Virus record (IMG/VR): IMGVR_UViG_3300010042_000002
Coordinates: 1 to 49,175 of that record
Direction: 5' to 3' (one strand)
DNA: 49,175 bases
Origin: a virus
Shown here: positions 47,446 to 49,175 of the stretch, piece by piece
How the letters are laid out: each line of letters starts with the position of its first letter
Numbering within the stretch: the first letter of the stretch is position 1
Notes under the pieces: generated by a model
Databases searched by the model: none
What the model was told of the DNA's origin: nothing
The model's input: the letters and a program-made list of their open reading frames with translations, nothing else
Program-made: the position numbers and the translations under genes

Positions 47446-47642
47446 TTAACCATCGCCTTCATACAATTCTTGCAGGTGTAGGCGCTTGCAATTGCTTGCG
47501 GGATAGTCGTATCAGACTTAATCCATCCGTCGCATAAGCGCCCGCAGAACGTGGCATAATCACCCGCAAACCTTATATGCAATGCCGCGTTAGGATTGCC
47601 GTGTGGAATGACTACTTCCAAATCTAGAGGGTTGCTAGCCAT
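47442..47642 (-). CDS. Small Cys-rich (zinc-ribbon-like) protein, 66 aa
   Basis: It contains FCGRLC ... CKNC. Confidence 0.5.
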   Translation of the reverse strand: MASNPLDLEVVIPHGNPNAALHIRFAGDYATFCGRLCDGWIKSDTTIPQAIASAYTCKNCMKAMVK

Positions 47643-48132
47643 GACGCCGCGCCTTCCGTGCTGCCTTGTTCTTCGCCCGGCGCTTCATAAGCCGTTGGGC
47701 TCCACCGCCCTTAGGGCCTCGCATCTTTCCACCCTTGCCGCCGTGGCTTATGGTGTACAAGTCGTTACCCGTAGTTACCGGAATGCGTTCACGGCTAGCC
47801 TGAAGGGCAGACCTAAAATCGTCGGCTGACACCTTAGCGTTTTGTAAGCTGTCAATAGTAAGCGCCATAGCCTCCAAGAGATTATCGCTATCGCCGGGAA
47901 CAAGGTTGTTAGTGTAGCCATCCCATTCAACCGGGGGCAATATATCAACACCGGTGATAATCATCTTGTGGGTGCCCTGTTCAAGGGAACTACCCCCAAC
48001 AGCCTTACCGTCATGCATGATCTGTTCAGCTAGGTTTGTTTTGCCGACGCTCACCAAGCCATACCGCATCATTATGCGCTGTTCAGTTTCCGAATAGTCA
48101 ACGTTCTGAAATTCACGTAGATTGTTCGTCAT
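47635..48132 (-). CDS. Miniature P-loop NTPase-like protein with Gly/Lys/Arg-rich C-terminal tail, 165 aa
   Basis: Walker A is GLVSVGKT and a possible Walker B is KMIITGVD. The tail is GGKGGKMRGPKGGGAQRLMKRRAKNKAARKARRHG. Confidence 0.4.
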   Translation of the reverse strand: MTNNLREFQNVDYSETEQRIMMRYGLVSVGKTNLAEQIMHDGKAVGGSSLEQGTHKMIITGVDILPPVEWDGYTNNLVPGDSDNLLEAMALTIDSLQNAKVSADDFRSALQASRERIPVTTGNDLYTISHGGKGGKMRGPKGGGAQRLMKRRAKNKAARKARRHG

Positions 48133-48164
48133 GGCCGCGACCTTATAAACTCGACTGATTGCAC

Positions 48165-48338
48165 TTAAGCTTCACCGAAAAGCTCAACCATGTTGATCCG
48201 TGCTAGGCTTTCCGCCCATGCACTTTCCATGGTGTTGTATGCATTGCAAGGTGTGGCATAGTCGCCATACCCTTCTTTATAGACCTCCATTACCGCTCTG
48301 ATAACGTCGGCATCGGTCATCTGTTCTTTGAACCTCAT
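48165..48338 (-). CDS. Hypothetical protein (57 aa)
   Basis: ATG at 48338 with a GGAGGGAG SD and an ATGA overlap with the upstream stop. The track start at 48353 is TTG. Confidence 0.55.
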   Translation of the reverse strand: MRFKEQMTDADVIRAVMEVYKEGYGDYATPCNAYNTMESAWAESLARINMVELFGEA

Positions 48339-48511
48339 GCACGCTCCCTCCAATACTTGGCCATCTTAACCGCAGTGTGGGCACGCTTGAGAGCGCTGGC
48401 CGGGTAATCAGTGCCGTGGAAACCCTCATTGGCCTGCATGCTCATGTACGACTTGCGGAACTTAGCGGCTTCAAGCTGCGCTACAATGGCACGTTCACGG
48501 TAGTTGTTCAT
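48335..48511 (-). CDS. Hypothetical protein (58 aa)
   Basis: The ATG at 48511 (MNNYRERA..) has a GGGGA SD. The track start at 48568 lies upstream of promoter P6 elements. Confidence 0.55.
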   Translation of the reverse strand: MNNYRERAIVAQLEAAKFRKSYMSMQANEGFHGTDYPASALKRAHTAVKMAKYWRERA

Positions 48512-48536
48512 GGTGGTATCCCCTGTTGTTAAAAAC

Positions 48537-48565
48537 AGAATAGACGGGACCATTGGCCCCGTCAA
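48537..48565 (-). promoter_or_regulatory. Sigma70-type promoter P6 (TTGACG-N17-TATTCT), degenerate box, upstream CACGGTAGCAA copy at 48576..48586
   Basis: The reverse complement reads cacggtagcaacgaaaaaggtgTTGACGGGGCCAATGGTCCCGTCTATTCT. Confidence 0.5.
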
Positions 48566-48593
48566 CACCTTTTTCGTTGCTACCGTGATTTAA

Positions 48594-49175
48594 TTAGCTC
48601 TTAGTTACGACCTTGATGTAACCACCCGTTTCGGTTGGGTTGTGAATGGTCTTGTGTACAAAGGTATCGACGAACAAATCCCAATTGTCGCGAGCCCATT
48701 CGAAGGTGCATTCAAAGACCGCCTTGCCCACAGGTTCCGCAGGCAACTCGACGGCATCGGGCGGGTATTCGAACACGTCGGTATGTGACATTTCACCGGC
48801 GTAGATTGTCGACATGACCGGGGCGCGGGCGGCTTCAGTGGTATTCTCTCGCTCTAGCCGTTCCCTTGCTTCCTTACCAGCGGCAAGCGTATCGGCAAGA
48901 AGGCTGTAAAGGTATCCCAATTCGCCGGGGTGCGTGTCGTTCCATGCCGGGTTAATAAGCCGTTCTAACATAGTCCGATGGTCAAGGTTGTGCTGCGCTG
49001 ACATGTGGCTAAGTTCAAGCACCTTATCTTCACTGGCCTTGAGCATTGTCACCAGTTCAACCACCCGTTCAATCAGGTGATCAGCGGTCGCCATGGCAGG
49101 GTTGATCCAACCAAGTTGCAAAACGGTAACCAAGGCATGCTTGAATTGCTGGTATTTGTCGGCTTCCTCTCTTGC
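48594..49175 (-). CDS. 3' part of the 371-aa junction-spanning hypothetical gene
   Basis: The frame stays open to the window edge. The M at 49133 in the ORF track is an internal TTG (Leu). The gene continues from 657..1 through the terminal overlap. Confidence 0.8.
   Translation of the reverse strand, partial: AREEADKYQQFKHALVTVLQLGWINPAMATADHLIERVVELVTMLKASEDKVLELSHMSAQHNLDHRTMLERLINPAWNDTHPGELGYLYSLLADTLAAGKEARERLERENTTEAARAPVMSTIYAGEMSHTDVFEYPPDAVELPAEPVGKAVFECTFEWARDNWDLFVDTFVHKTIHNPTETGGYIKVVTKS
49053..49175. repeat. Terminal direct repeat, copy 2 (identical to 1..123)
   Basis: Base-by-base identity with 1..123. Confidence 0.95.

Noticed and set aside
1-49175. Lysogeny module (integrase, excisionase, CI-type repressor), tRNAs, CRISPR array, phage RNA polymerase, or toxin-antitoxin and known defence cassettes.
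   Set aside because: No ORF shows tyrosine or serine recombinase motifs, RT, Cas-like or RNAP motifs, and no non-coding gap fits a tRNA. The only HTH near the control region is a 72-aa Cro-like protein. The phage is therefore treated as probably virulent. Absence is judged by eye only.

Overview
The window is a complete, circularly closed genome of a tailed dsDNA phage, siphovirus-like and GC-rich. Bases 1-123 are identical to 49053-49175 and one gene reads through that junction, so the unique length is 49,052 bp.

Layout:
- Two divergent transcription arms leave a control region at 6768-6980 and converge on a bidirectional terminator at 16001-16029.
- The short plus-strand arm (6981-16015) is a replication and recombination module. 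It holds a Sak4-like ATPase, an SSB-like protein, a Cas4-like nuclease, an SF2 helicase, a clamp-like protein and a family-A DNA polymerase.
- The long minus-strand arm runs 6767 -> 1/49052 -> 16030. In order it holds an HTH protein, a prim-pol/helicase, an AT-rich iteron region and many small early ORFs behind a repeated promoter type.
- It continues with a VRR-NUC nuclease, a MazG-like protein and tail fibre genes, then an autonomous promoter-to-terminator gene and a lysis cassette.
- It ends with terminase, portal, Mu-F-like protein, scaffold, HK97-type capsid, connectors and a large tail tube protein.
- The tail end has chaperones with a -1 frameshift, the tape measure and a GTA-like distal tail module (DUF2460, DUF2163, a 1383-aa host-specificity protein).

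I found no integrase, tRNA, CRISPR array, reverse transcriptase or phage RNA polymerase. The GTA-like tail genes, a GcrA-like domain and CTTGAC-N17 promoters suggest an alphaproteobacterial host; this is inference only.

I cannot name one clear-cut novel system. The most unusual signals are:
- a promoter family carrying a conserved GGTAGCAA box
- Q/N-rich FG/GW-repeat disordered tails on two replication proteins
- a 20-aa F-D-x-G-G-x-M repeat shared by both receptor-binding proteins, plus a free-standing copy of the tip domain
- a 285-nt structured non-coding gap inside the replication operon
- an iteron-rich AT island
- a promoter/terminator-bounded gene in front of an atypical lysis cassette
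- several micro-ORFs below the ORF-track cutoff

All functional calls rest on motifs read by eye. No database search was run.
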